Assembly: GCA_951406725.2 (NCBI GenBank)
Contig: OX597838.1
Location: forward strand, 6,448,001-6,512,000
Source: Octopus vulgaris
Taxonomy: Eukaryota
Length of the DNA: 64,000 bases
Reading direction: 5' to 3'
The position numbers and the translations under genes are program-made. Under the pieces are notes generated by a model. The model ran no database searches, was not told where the DNA came from, and worked only from the letters and a program-made list of their open reading frames with translations. Of the stretch, positions 43,094 to 55,572 are shown piece by piece; positions within the stretch are counted from its first letter, which is position 1, and the number at the start of each line of letters is the position of its first letter.

Positions 43094-43482
43094 GGAATGG
43101 AAGCACTCCGTCGGTTACGACGACGAGGATTCCGGTTGATCCGAATCAACGGAACAGCCTGCTCGTGAAATTAACGTGTAAGTGGCTGAGCATTCCACAG
43201 ACACGTGTACCCTTAACGTAGTTCTCGGGGATATTCAGCGTGACACAGAGAGTGACAAGGCCGGCCCCTTTGAAATACAGGTACAACAGAAACAGGAAGT
43301 AAGAGTGAGAGAATGTTGTGGTGAAAGAGTACAGCAGGGATCACCACCATCCCCCGCCGGAGCTTCATGGAGCTTTAGGTGTTTTCGCTCAATAAACACT
43401 CACAACGCCCGGTCTGGGAATCGAAACCGCGATCCTACGACCGCGAGTCCGCTGCCCTAACCACTGGGCCATTGCACCTCCA
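43094..43482 (-). mobile_element. OR-like tRNA-Arg SINE, tail type beta, full length with TSD
   Basis: 13-bp TSD CTGTGAATGATAT (43081-43093, 43483-43495); A box TGGCCCAGTGG, B-box-like GTTTCGATTCC. Confidence 0.9.
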
Positions 43483-44219
43483 CTGTGAATGATATAATGC
43501 AATGCAAAATGCTGAAATATGCCTGAAGATTTCTTCTTTACTCGCCAGTCATAATACAATCATATCACACATCGATTAAATTTCTTCCCTTATTAGAAAG
43601 AGAGAAAGAGAGAAAAAGGGAGGGAGAAGAAAGAGAGAGGGCAGAAACAGAATGTGAGATAGGGAGGAAACAGAGAGAGAGGGGGTGAAGGGAGAGTGAG
43701 AGAGAGAGAGTGAATAAAAAACATTATAATTATTTCTAATTAGCTTTTAAGTTACCCGTTAAAGAAGTCAACGTGACCTTAGGTTTTTCTTTTGAAGCTG
43801 ACAACCTTTCTCTGTTATTAAAAATCTAATTTTTGGTTGTGTAAACTAATATAGTGAAAATATTTCTCACCGCGTATATCGCCTTCAGTTACATCCTCCT
43901 ATAACGCGGACTCCGAGATCTTTATCGCGGTACGGAGCACATGTACTTTATCGGGTTTCATTTCAAATGCGGAATTTAATGATTGAAAAAAGAAAAAATT
44001 ATCCCGAGGGACATAATGTAGTTAGCAGGATAAAATATCAGCAAACTTGCCAAATAGTGTGTTTAGTAGCGTTCTAATTCTATTTTTCTATTTTTTTCTT
44101 TTTTTGTTATTTAGTATGTAATTAAATACCCAAAATATTACATATTCTATGCTGTCTTGTTCATAGAAGAAATAGCAACAACCTCATTCTGTCCGTTTCT
44201 CGGCTCCCTCTATTCTTCG

Positions 44220-44268
<49 letters not shown>

Positions 44269-44280
44269 TTCTTTCTCTCA

Positions 44281-44325
<45 letters not shown>

Positions 44326-44440
44326 GAGGGGTATATATGTGTGTATGTATGCATGCGTATGTTTAGTTGTATGTGTATAAACATATATAGATATGTAAAT
44401 GATATATGTATATATACTACACAATTACACACACACACAC

Positions 44441-44493
<53 letters not shown>

Positions 44494-44989
44494 TCTTAGT
44501 ATGTTTATGCAGCTTTACAATTCTCGAAAACCATTCTCCGCACTGAAAGACACACACAGGTGCAGTATTTTGTATTATTTTCATTAATTAATTAAATTAT
44601 TAATTGATCGATCGGCATCGCTAAGCCATTCATTAAGCAGCCACGCACTTTTCAAATATCTACTGCAAATAGCTTGGATGTCCATTTTAATCAATAAGCT
44701 GTGAATACGTCTGTTTCTGATCGCGTGTGTCCTTCTTTGCAAGCGTGAATCTCTTTTTCGAATGAATGTATATTGTATTATTGCCTTCATGAAACTCTAT
44801 CAACGCACACAGGCAAGCATACTCGTAAATGTGTGTGTGTGTGTCCTTGAGTGTGCATGTGTCTATGTACGTATGTATATTTGTATATCTATCTATATAT
44901 ATGTATGTATATATATTATATATAGGTTTGTGAGTGTGTATACAAATATAATTATATACAATTATATATATATATATATGTACTTATGC

Positions 44990-45026
<37 letters not shown>

Positions 45027-45044
45027 TGAATGTTTTTATATATA

Positions 45045-45160
45045 ATGAACGTGAAACACAGGAAGGGACGAACACGGAACACAGACAAATCATTCGAAGC
45101 CTTCAATCTTCAGTCAAACACCGAACCATCATAGCAAATTTCGGCTGTTCAATTCTGACT
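45045..45160 (-). mobile_element. Second copy of the 14.3-kb structured repeat, in (TA)n
   Basis: Reverse complement aligns with 14282-14350. Confidence 0.6.
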
Positions 45161-45341
45161 ATATATATATATGTCTGTGTGTGTGTGTATATCTATATAT
45201 ATATATATATCTAATGTAGGATAAATTTTTTTTCGAAAAAAATGTTATCAATGGCCAGCGTATTAAAAAATACCTTTAAAGGTTAAATTTATAACCTTCC
45301 ATGGGTATGAGTAATTATCTCATTTATTTCTTTTGCCACAT

Positions 45342-45396
45342 GTATCACTGACGAAGTGAGGGCTGTTATGAGCTAACCCTGAAATCGGTCCGATAT
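45342..45396 (+). ncRNA. Type I hammerhead ribozyme motif in a (TA)n-flanked island (45212-45545)
   Basis: GTATCA-CTGACGA-AGTG-AGGG CTGTTATGAGCTAA CCCT-GAAA-TCG-GTC-CGATAT; stem I 5/6 paired; near-palindromic A(T)CGGT stem III. Confidence 0.7.
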
Positions 45397-45542
45397 GATA
45401 ATAATGGTATTTATTAGAAATTTCTGTCGACCTTTTTTTCGAGTAGCGTGCGTATTGTGAAAAAATTATATGGTTAATGTACAATATGTCCAATTTTTCG
45501 GCATATTTGCATCAGAAACCTTTTCGTTTGCCCTTATTTATG

Positions 45543-45578
<36 letters not shown>

Positions 45579-46579
45579 GTTCTTATACGAAACGCATTAT
45601 ACGGGATAATTTTGCAAATACAAACGTTTTTTCTTTTCTTTTTTAACCTACCTGCCAGTTAAAAGAATACTTCATTCACCCAACGGCAGAAGCGGATCGA
45701 TTGAGCAAAACTGTATATGTTATAATCAGTTTGTGTCCTTAGCAATTCAATACAGACCACCGAACACTGCGCGTCTATTCTTCTGCTGCCCCTACTATAC
45801 TGTAAACCCAAGTCAAACCAGTTCGAACACAGATGTGCTTTTGTGTGTGCTGACAGACTTCAGTGAGTATTGACATGGTTGCTCACATACTTAAGAAACA
45901 TACACACATAAACCGATACACATATGTACACACACACGCATATGATCATCTCTGATATTGACTTTGGTATTCTGGTGTTATATTTCATATTTTCTTCACC
46001 AGATCTGTTATATGATTTTTTTGTCGAACTTTTATGGCGTTCTCTGCAATTATGTTTAGAGATTTTAGAGATGATTTCTTAAAATAAAAATTCTGCATGA
46101 AAAACACTGAAAAACAGCAACAACAACAACAACAAAGAACAAACAAATATGATAGTTAACACGATTAATGAACATAAATATATAATATTTAACATGAATA
46201 ATAAACATAAACTATATAGGCTATAGATGAATGACAGATGTCATATTTACTTTCTCTTCCTAATATATGAAATGTTATCCTGCATATAATGTTCAATAAT
46301 GTGAGGCTATGAAATCGAAATGGCTGATACACAAGTAAATTGAGATAGATAATTATCGATGAGATCAAAAACATTCGATTGATACTTTCATTTCCAGATA
46401 TAATCTCTTCAATTTAGCTTCTAATGACAGCAACATTTTGTTTCTTTTTTCATTTTTTTCAGATTTTGTATGAAGATCGGTAGCATAAAATTATTTGTAG
46501 TACATCGTCTCTATAAACAATTATATGAATATATGTTTGCTTATCTATAATACGCACACACACACACACACTTATATGC

Positions 46580-46634
<55 letters not shown>

Positions 46635-46849
46635 CATACATAGAAAGAGAGTGAGTGGAAGATAGACAGAGAGAAGGGAGTGTTATGATAGCCAAGTGTA
46701 AGAATGTGTGCTCAAGTTAGTCTTTGGTGGTTATGCATTTACATTCCTATCAATGGCTATATGTGGAACACTTTTGACCCGATGTACTTAAAGATATTGA
46801 CATTCGCGCCCAATTTAAATGTGACTTCAGGAGAATAGGCGTGTATACG

Positions 46850-47230
46850 CATTGTCGCAGCTCTAGTGCTGCACTTACAGTTTTGTTTGCCAACCACATT
46901 GATTCGGGAGCTGTCCCAAGGTATGGTACCATGCGACTTGTCAATACCAATATATCCCGAGGTGTTCTAAAGCCCTGTGAGTGGATTTTCGTCTAAAAAG
47001 ATCAAATACATTCGTCATATATATACACACAGACACATCTAAGTTTCTCTGAACGTTTGTGCTTGTCTCCGTTCTGTTGACAATCTATGTCGGTTTGTTT
47101 ACTTCGCCGTAACGTAGCAATTCGGCAAAATAAACCGAAAAAATAAGTAACAGGTATTTATAATCAATAGTTAGTCGGTTCGATTTATACGACTAGAAAT
47201 TCCTGAAGGCTTTGCCACAACATGGCCTTC
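46850..47230 (+). mobile_element. Decayed SINE family B
   Basis: CCAACCACAT, GTGAGTGGATTT and AACGTAGCAATTCGGCAAAA match family B in sense orientation. Confidence 0.5.
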
Positions 47231-48435
47231 GATGTTTTGCTGACATCCCACATTCATGGAATGAGCGCAGACAGACACGGATGTGAAAAATCAGAGAGCG
47301 TGTGTAATTTTATAAAACCGTCTGTAATGTTATAACATCGTTTAAAGAGCATACAAAATGAAGGCCACTGAGAGCTCCTACAAATATGCCCGGTGAAGAT
47401 TTACCATATTTTATTTATTCGTACATTGTTAAGCGTTAACACAAAAACCGCTGTTATATTGAACGACAGAAATAGAACGTTAGGCCAATGTGTCAATATG
47501 AATAATAGAAATATTCGCTCGGAGATAGCAATCTGGCTATGAATAGTCTACAGACACAGCGACTGTAAAATTAGACGTTGACTTTGAAACCAAGGGCCAA
47601 TGTGTCACACTTACCACAATGGAGAAAGATGGTCTTGTTGTTGCGTTTCCCGTTTTTATTGTTGTAATAGTTGTTGTTGGGGTTAAAGGTGTGGTTGAGA
47701 GATAGTGAAGATACGGGACGGAATGTTGAATAAATAACTGCCGCGGTTTAATTAATTTCAGATAATTTGATTTTTATTTAAATTTGCAAAACAAAACAAA
47801 ATGTAGTAAATAGATACTCAGGGCAACGACATTAGTAAAGGTAACGCTAAGTTGAAGTGTAATAAAAAAAAAAGACAATAACAGGATAAACAACAGCATT
47901 TAACTGTAAAAAAACCAAAATTGCAATAAAATACCGGAAAACCATCAACGATATAAAAAGTTACAGAGAGGTCAGAAATACAGGAAAAGCAACGGCAGCA
48001 GGGGCAGTAGGAGCAGCAGTAACAATAACAGAAAAAAACACAGCATCAACTCTGTCCAAAAGACGCTGGAAACTACAACGACATCAACAGCAACAACAGC
48101 CACAAAAACGGCGAGAAAACTACAGCGCAATAATAAAGAAAACTATACAATATCCGAAAAAGGAAACTTTAATAGATTTCTTGAGGAGACGAAGAAGAGT
48201 AAACAAAAATTAGAGGAATAAACATTGATAACAGACAAACAATAATAGTATAATTAGAGAATTTTGAATGTGCTGAATTGATAGAGTCATTAGGGCCCTC
48301 GGCTAAGACGGCTTGCATTATTTATTTCATCTCTCTGCGCTGAGTGTTCAAAATCCGCAGTGGGCAACTGCCTTTCTTTATTGGCTTCATTTTCTGTCGT
48401 TCGTCATTATTTGTGTGTGTGGGTGGGGGGTCGAT

Positions 48436-48830
48436 TGAGTTCAAATTCCGCCGGGGTCGACTTTGCCTTTCATCCTTTCGGGGTCGATTAAATAAGTACC
48501 TATTTCTTTATTACCCACAATGGGGCTAAACACAGAGGGGACAAACAAGGACAGACATGGGTATTAAGTCGATTACATCGACCCCCCAGTGCGTAACTGG
48601 TGCTTAATTTATCGACCCCGAAAGGATGAAAGGCAAAGTCGACCTCTGCGGAATTTGAACTCACAACGTAACGCAGACGAAATACCGCTAAGCATTTCGC
48701 CCGGCGTGCTAACGTTTCTGCCAGCTCGCCGCCTTTAAATAAGTACCAGTCGATTAAATAAGTACCAGTTACTTAATGAGGTCGATGTAATCGACTTAAT
48801 CCCTTCCCCAAAATTTCAGGCATTGTGCTT
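48436..48830. mobile_element. Family C SINE (minus, 48501-48734) inserted in inverted orientation into another family C copy (plus)
   Basis: 13-bp TSD TTAAATAAGTACC at 48488-48500 and 48735-48747. Confidence 0.85.
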
Positions 48831-49939
48831 CCAGTAGAAATGATTTTGGCGGGGAACGATGAATAATACACCAGTCCACACGTATGACCTCGTGATCGTA
48901 GAATTCCAGGTTCGACGCCTGACACCAGACGTTTTTAATAAAAAAAAAAAAAACACTTCATTTGAAGTTGCTCAGGTCTGCTCAGCTGGCATAAGTGAGT
49001 CATCCTGAGATAAACTGGCGTCCCGTCCAGGAGCTCTGTGGATACGCCAGAGAAATATTCAGACTGGGTCTATGAGTTTATATGACAAGGCAAGGAATTT
49101 TAACTATATTTGCTTTTACCTTATGCTTTTCCAACTTAATCTTCGAGCGATTTGAAATGAGGTGAGAAAGAACCGAATAAGTAGTGGAAGGCATTTCCTC
49201 CGCTGCTTTAACGTTTCTCCCATTTCATTACACAAACAAATTAAAATACCAATGATAATACGAAAGTTAAACAACATCGCATCCGACAACAACAACAACA
49301 ACAACAACACCAACAATAATAAATAAATTAACCATAACAATATTAACTACCATAGCAGTAGCGATAACTATAACAATATTTTAAGTAGAGTTCGTCCAGA
49401 AGATAGTAAATATTTGATATCATGTCAATTCAATTAACTTGAAGAAGTTGCGAGATTATTATTTCTATTTTAATAATATAAAACTGAGGGAAAATATAGA
49501 AATTTTTGCAAAACAAAACAAAAACCAAAAATAATACACAGTTATTTCTAAAAAACAAAATATTTTTTCTCTCGTTGAATTTGTTTATGTAAAGAGACAG
49601 CTGTGAATGTGAAATTGCAAAAGTATATAGTTTTTATTTTACAGCATTCTTAACGATCATCAACGAATCCCTAATATTGAATAACAATAATGATTAAAAT
49701 ATAGGAGTAAAAAAAAAAATATTGCTATATTTTATACAGCTTTATTTTTGTTTTTGTTTGTTTCCAGCGGCTGTTGCTCGGTCTACACTAAAGGTTAGTA
49801 AACTAATCGACAATAACAACACAAACACAGCAAACCCACCTGCCCACCCCCACTTTACTTCTTCCTCTGCTCAAAACTAATAATACTACTGTTATTACCG
49901 CTATTGCTTGTATTCTCTTCTACTCTAGGCACATGAGGG

Positions 49940-50208
49940 AGGGTGCCAGTCGATTAGATCAACGCAACTGGTACTTAATTATCGACCCCGAAAGGATGAC
50001 AGATAAAGTCGACCTCGGCGGAATTTGAACTCAGAACATAAAGACAAGGAAAATACCGCTCAGCATTTCGCCCGGCGTGCTAATGTTTCTCATTTCTTTA
50101 TTGCCCACAAGGGACTAAATATAGAGGGGACAAACAAGGACAGACAAAGGGATTAAGTCGCTTAGATCGACACCAGTGCGTAACTGGTACTTAATTTATC
50201 GAACCCGG
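49940..50208 (-). mobile_element. Two tandem partial family C SINE units
   Basis: The tail of one unit joins the head of the next at about 50091. Confidence 0.8.
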
Positions 50209-50220
50209 AAGGGTTCAATT

Positions 50221-50790
50221 GTCCAAAAAGAAATGGATAAGTTTTCAAAGTACGAAGACCTCGAAATTTAAGTATTGATGATGTGAGACGTGATTGTAAA
50301 AGCACTACCAATTATAATTGGAATATTGGGCATGATAAAAAAAGAACATATAAAAAAAAAACGCAGAAGCTATACCTAAATCCTCAACACTACACACTGT
50401 CCCAAAAACATCCCTGCTAGGAACAGCCCACATCCTACGTGAAACACTATCAGCTCAATAAAGAATCTTTAAAAAAACAAACCACAAACTCAAGACACAC
50501 TCTATACAACAGTTAGTCACTGAAATAAACTCACGCCTGCAAGCCAAGTGCGAACGTCTTACACACTCAACACACAAGCAGTGACACAAGAAAAGACTTC
50601 ACTGCACCTGAAGAGGGCATAAAACAAACAAGATAAAACACTGGTAAAGAACACAGAAAAGAACACACAATGTTGTACACACCCCATAAAGACAAAGGTG
50701 TAGCAGGAGCCGCTGTAGGAATTAGTCTCCAACTACCAAATGTTGAAGAATTATATAATAAAATTATATAATTATATAATAAATAATTTT
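50221..50790 (+). mobile_element. 3' end of an R4/Dong-clade non-LTR retrotransposon (restriction-like endonuclease C-terminus and 3'UTR), decayed
   Basis: KEMDKFSKYEDLEI*...LPIIIGILGMIKK [frameshift] ...KTSLLGTAHILRETLSAQ* (ends 50461); TAA-rich tail near 50755-50790. Confidence 0.8.
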
Positions 50791-51994
50791 GTGCCAAATT
50801 TATTATGTAAGGAATTACTAAGTTTTTAATTCGGATTGAAAGTGTAATGAAAATTATACATCGACGAAGAGGTTCTACGCAAAAGAAACATCCCTGGAGT
50901 TGCTTCCTTTACTTACAAGAAGAAAACTTGAAATAACATTTAATATGGTGCCATACCAGTATTTTCCCAATGCAGCAGAAACTTATTTAAAAGGGGCGGG
51001 CGTTTCACGTGTGTGAATGTCTGTGTAATTGAACTTCTGAAATATATTTTTATTTTATTTTCTCAATTATGTACAATTTTGTACACTTGTTTATAATTCT
51101 GTCTTCACCGGTCCAAGTCCAGTAATTAGAAAAAAAAATATATGCAAATGAATCACATCCATTATTGCCGCCCCGAATTCTCATTACAATTTACATAATG
51201 TTACGAAATGAGCTCTTGTTTTCTACTTGCTCACTGCATAATTATTTCAGCTTAACTTTGTAATGCTCACTAATTACCTTTTTAATGGTTAATTAAATAA
51301 ATAAACACACCTAGGTAATACAAAACTCATTACGAAACCCAAAAGACCAACCTGCATCTGACGTTTATTATCAGATTTTACCTCGGAACATATAGTGGTT
51401 AAGATCATAAACGCTAATTCTTTTAGCGAACTACATAATTATTTATTTGTTCGTAAGAATAATATCTTACTTCATATGTACATTTTTAATTATCTCCTTC
51501 TTAGCAAAGAACAATTTTCAGCATTATTAAAAACCTATCAGTTTTGTTCTTCGTATTTTTTAGATTTCTTTTAATTGATAGAAAGAAATTCTCTATGTAG
51601 TTATATCCTTAACGGTCTGGAAAAAAAAGACAATTCTTAATTACGTTTTTTCCCCCAGATGTCTTTTCTCTTTTCTTTTTGCTTTTCTCTTATCGTTTTC
51701 CTTTCGCTACAAACGTTGCTCGTACTTGGAACATTCTTAAAGGTTTCTAACATTATTTGCCTGACGAATCACGTTATGATGTAAGTCTCGTGGGGTGGCT
51801 GGGTATTTAGGAATTCAAAATAGCATTAACGCTGTAAAATCGGGCGCTATATTAGTTAAGCAACTTGCAGAGACATAAGTGTAAACCTCATTGAAGCTAT
51901 GAACAGCACCACCTTCTCCAAACACCACCAACATTGCACAAAGGAACTAATTTCTAGAAATCAGAACTGCAGCAGCAACAACAGTGGAGGCGGT

Positions 51995-52085
51995 CGGAAA
52001 ATCGTGGTTTCGATTCCCAGACCGGGTATATATGTGTTTATTGAGCGAAAACACCTAAAGCTCCACGAGGCTCCGGCAGAGGGTG
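51995..52085 (+). mobile_element. OR-like SINE fragment
   Basis: GTTTCGATTCCCAGACCGGG...TTTATTGAGCGAAAACACCTAAAGCTCCACGAGGCTCCGGCAG. Confidence 0.8.
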
Positions 52086-52817
52086 GAAGACTGGAATAGT
52101 ATTATAGATGGAGCATGTAATTAAGTGTGATGAGTTGAAGGAAAATGTGTGAAAAGAAAAACGCAAATCAGTACATACATTTTTAACTCTGATAAAAGCC
52201 GGAACTGTGGTTGGTTCCGGTTTTCATAAGTGTGGACTGTCACTAAACTCCTCCAGTTAGAAACTTCGTATGAACACAGAAAAGGCGTTAAATTTAGAGA
52301 TGGAGTTTAACAAAGGACTTAATTTTGATCGGTTATCTATATAAGTCATAATTTCTTTGATTCGCACGGTCAACATAGAGTGGTTGAATGGAATACGCGA
52401 ATCGTTTCGTAGCCGAATTAGCGAAATTGTCATGGACCAATTGTCCGACGCTCTTGAAGAATTCTCGCTACTTCAATAACCTCGACGCTTAAGTGGGCGT
52501 TCGCTCTTGCATCCATTAACTATTGCAGTTCTTTTACTATTTTACTATTTTGCTACATTATTGAAATATTTGCTAGCATATTATATACTTTTTTTTTTTA
52601 ATTTGGTGTTGAATTTTATTTTTAGATATAATAATCACAATTGTTGGAGATTCTATTCCTTCGCGATTTCCGAGTGCGTTGCTAAGGCCTCCCACAATGA
52701 TCAAGTCAAACGTTTATTGGATCGTATAATATCGGTAATCATGATTCCGTCACTGTCCAAACATCTTTTCGAGTTATCGAGTCGACTTGAATATTCTTTT
52801 TCGTTAGTTCTCCATAC

Positions 52818-52871
<54 letters not shown>

Positions 52872-53362
52872 CATAACATAATATGATATAATATAATATA
52901 ATATAATATAAATATATATGAATATATGCATATATACATGCATATATGTACATGCCGACATATATATGTATATATACATGCATATATGGGTACAGGACAT
53001 CAGAAAAATGTTGAACACAATGAGAAATGAAACATAATTAGAAAAATATAGAAGCGAGACATAGAGCAAAAGGAATATTCCCCTTCTTCCGTTGTCCATG
53101 TTTCATCTACTCCATATATATATATATATATATATACATACATAAGTTGAATAAATAGAGTCAACAGGAAGGTGTACGTTTGGGTAGTTATTTAATAAAC
53201 AGTATATAACGTATTCTGTTAAATTGTTATTGTTCAAAGAGTCTTTGCCGCTCTTCATAGTAAACGATAACTTGTGATGTTATTATTTAGTGAAATATCT
53301 TGTTTCAAGTGCTTTCCTATTTTGGATATTTCCTTTTTCTTGTGCTGCATTCCTTGTAATAT

Positions 53363-53427
<65 letters not shown>

Positions 53428-53699
53428 TTCTTTCTCTCTCGTTCATTTCAATTGTTAAATTATGTATTTTCCTTATTCAATTTATTAAGTATTCAGATAT
53501 ACTTTTATTTATTTTTATCTTCCATATTTCCCTCCGAGTAAAATTCTAAATGTCATTTTGTTAGGTAACAAATATAGTTTTATTATGTTCAGTTGGTGAA
53601 CTTCTTCCTTTTGTTACTAAAGCGCTTAATTCATATAATATTTATTTTAATCTCAAACTGTTATTCTTATCCGTTTATTCTTTATGTAGAATCAGTTTG

Positions 53700-54040
53700 A
53701 GGCGTAGTGAGCTGAAGTTGCCAGTTGCTAGAGCATTGTCAAAAGTTATTTGTAGCATTCTTTGAGGTCGATAAAGTCAAGTACCAGTCTTAATCTGAAA
53801 TCGACTAAAACACCCTCCCCAGAATTACTGGCCTTGTGTTCTGTTATAAACAATTTAAAGGCAGTGAGTTGGAAGAATTACTGGAGCCTCAAATAAAAGT
53901 TTTCGCGTACTCAGATCAACTTTCCTCGGGTAAACCTTGCCTTCCTTCCTCAAATTGTGAATGAAATAAAGTACCATTGAAGTAGTTGCGTCGGTGTTAT
54001 CAACTAAACCCACTTCTCAGGTCTCTTGACCTAACGAAGT
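53700..54040 (+). mobile_element. Two decayed family C-like SINE remnants
   Basis: GAGGTCGATAAAGTCAAGTACCAG and CCTTGCCTTCCTTCCT...AAATAAAGTACC. Confidence 0.5.
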
Positions 54041-54218
54041 CCCAAACCATTTAGTATTAGTTCGTATCTCTTCGTTTTCCAAGGTGCACCTTTTCATTTA
54101 TAATTTTCTTACTAGTTAAATTATTTCACTTAATCAGATATTTTCGTTAATCAATACAAAGTTACACATCCATCCACCCTTCCATCGTCTCCGTCTACTA
54201 TTCCTGAGAGGTTCCTGG

Positions 54219-54219
54219 T

Positions 54220-54270
<51 letters not shown>

Positions 54271-54277
54271 CAGCAGC

Positions 54278-54314
<37 letters not shown>

Positions 54315-54330
54315 ATAGTAGCAGCAGCAA

Positions 54331-54362
<32 letters not shown>
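54219..54362. repeat. (TAG)n/(CAG)n trinucleotide repeat
   Basis: Directly visible. Confidence 0.95.
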
Positions 54363-55456
54363 ATCGTTTCAGATGCTTGTTTTACATATACCTTGAGACT
54401 GGACATTTGTTTTAACGTTTCTTACACAAATGTTAGAACGCCATGTCAACTGGTTTTGTTTCGAAACTAGAATAAGACACATTATTACTGAATTTCTCCT
54501 GTATTTCTTGCATTTATTGACGTTTATTCCCATTGCTCTCGCATCGAGCACTCGTAAATTTTTTGGTCTCAATGCTAGTGATATTGTTAACAATTAATTT
54601 CAAAAGTTGTCGTGACAGTGGTGTTGGTGTTAAATAATATCACAAAACTTGCTTTTTTGAAAAATAACGAGATGTGTGTTTTCGGAATTGAAATCTGTTT
54701 CAACACCTGAAATTCTATGAGTCTCTGATGTCGCACACTATATTGATGGTGCCATAGTGAACGGAATTAATGAAGTATGAGTAATAGAAGCATTAGTAAC
54801 TGTAACAAAATTGGTAAATGATCCATATGGGACTTTTAAATTAGTCACATTGTCTGTAACATATGTCATGCAACCATTTCGGAAGTTCGTACAAAGCTTT
54901 GCATATAAACACAGGATTTATTATATAGCTTGCATATCAGTATACGACAGATAACTCTTCCTGTATTATATTTTATCATACTTTAAAGGTAGCAGAAATA
55001 TCTGAAATGCAAAGGGCTAAAAATTGTCAATAGGAGGTCACAAAGGAGTTATGATCTGAATCCTGCCTAGGTTGTAAGGACTTAAGGGTCGAAACACTTG
55101 TATAAGTAGTGTATCTTCTTCTTCTACAGATTGTAAGAGCTTATAGGTCTAAAGCCTGAGGCGTGTTTCTTCAATGAAGAAATTCCGCTGTGCATCTCAC
55201 TCGCCAGTTACCACTTCAATTCATTCTTTCTTAAGCGAAGAAAAACAACGAAAGTGAATTGGCTTTTACTACAGACTCTATCTCATTGCGTGACGTTCAT
55301 GAAATAGTAGTCAAATATACTCGAAATTCTTTTTGCCATTTTCAGTATAATTAGGCAATGTAGAAATGGGTGAAACTTGTGTATTGGACAGGGAGCGGAG
55401 GAGGAAATAACCATGAATGCATCAATAATGATTGGACCACAAGAAATAAGAATATA

Positions 55457-55572
55457 TATTCATCTCTAGGTGTTTAAGGAGCGCAAATTAACAGTTAATT
55501 AAAGTTTACAAAATTATTCACCTCCAGGTGTTTAAGGAGGGCAAATTAACAGTTAACAAAAGTTTACAAAAT
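55457..55572. repeat. 58-bp tandem duplication
   Basis: TATTCA(T/C)CTC(T/C)AGGTGTTTAAGGAG(C/G)GCAAATTAACAGTTAA..AAAGTTTACAAAAT x2. Confidence 0.92.

Noticed and set aside
43405-43480. tRNA-like sequence (also 104-180 and other SINE heads)
   Set aside because: No complete acceptor stem; continues into a SINE body with TSD, so not a tRNA gene
51761-51790. CTGACGA-ATCA...TGAT-GTAA hammerhead-like string
   Set aside because: GAAA absent, and no stem I or stem III pairing
52195-52224. 11-bp hairpin followed by T residues, resembling an intrinsic terminator
   Set aside because: Eukaryotic DNA with no associated gene; an isolated hairpin with no other support
55457-55572. Direct repeats as a possible CRISPR-like array
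   Set aside because: Two adjacent units with no spacer; eukaryotic context
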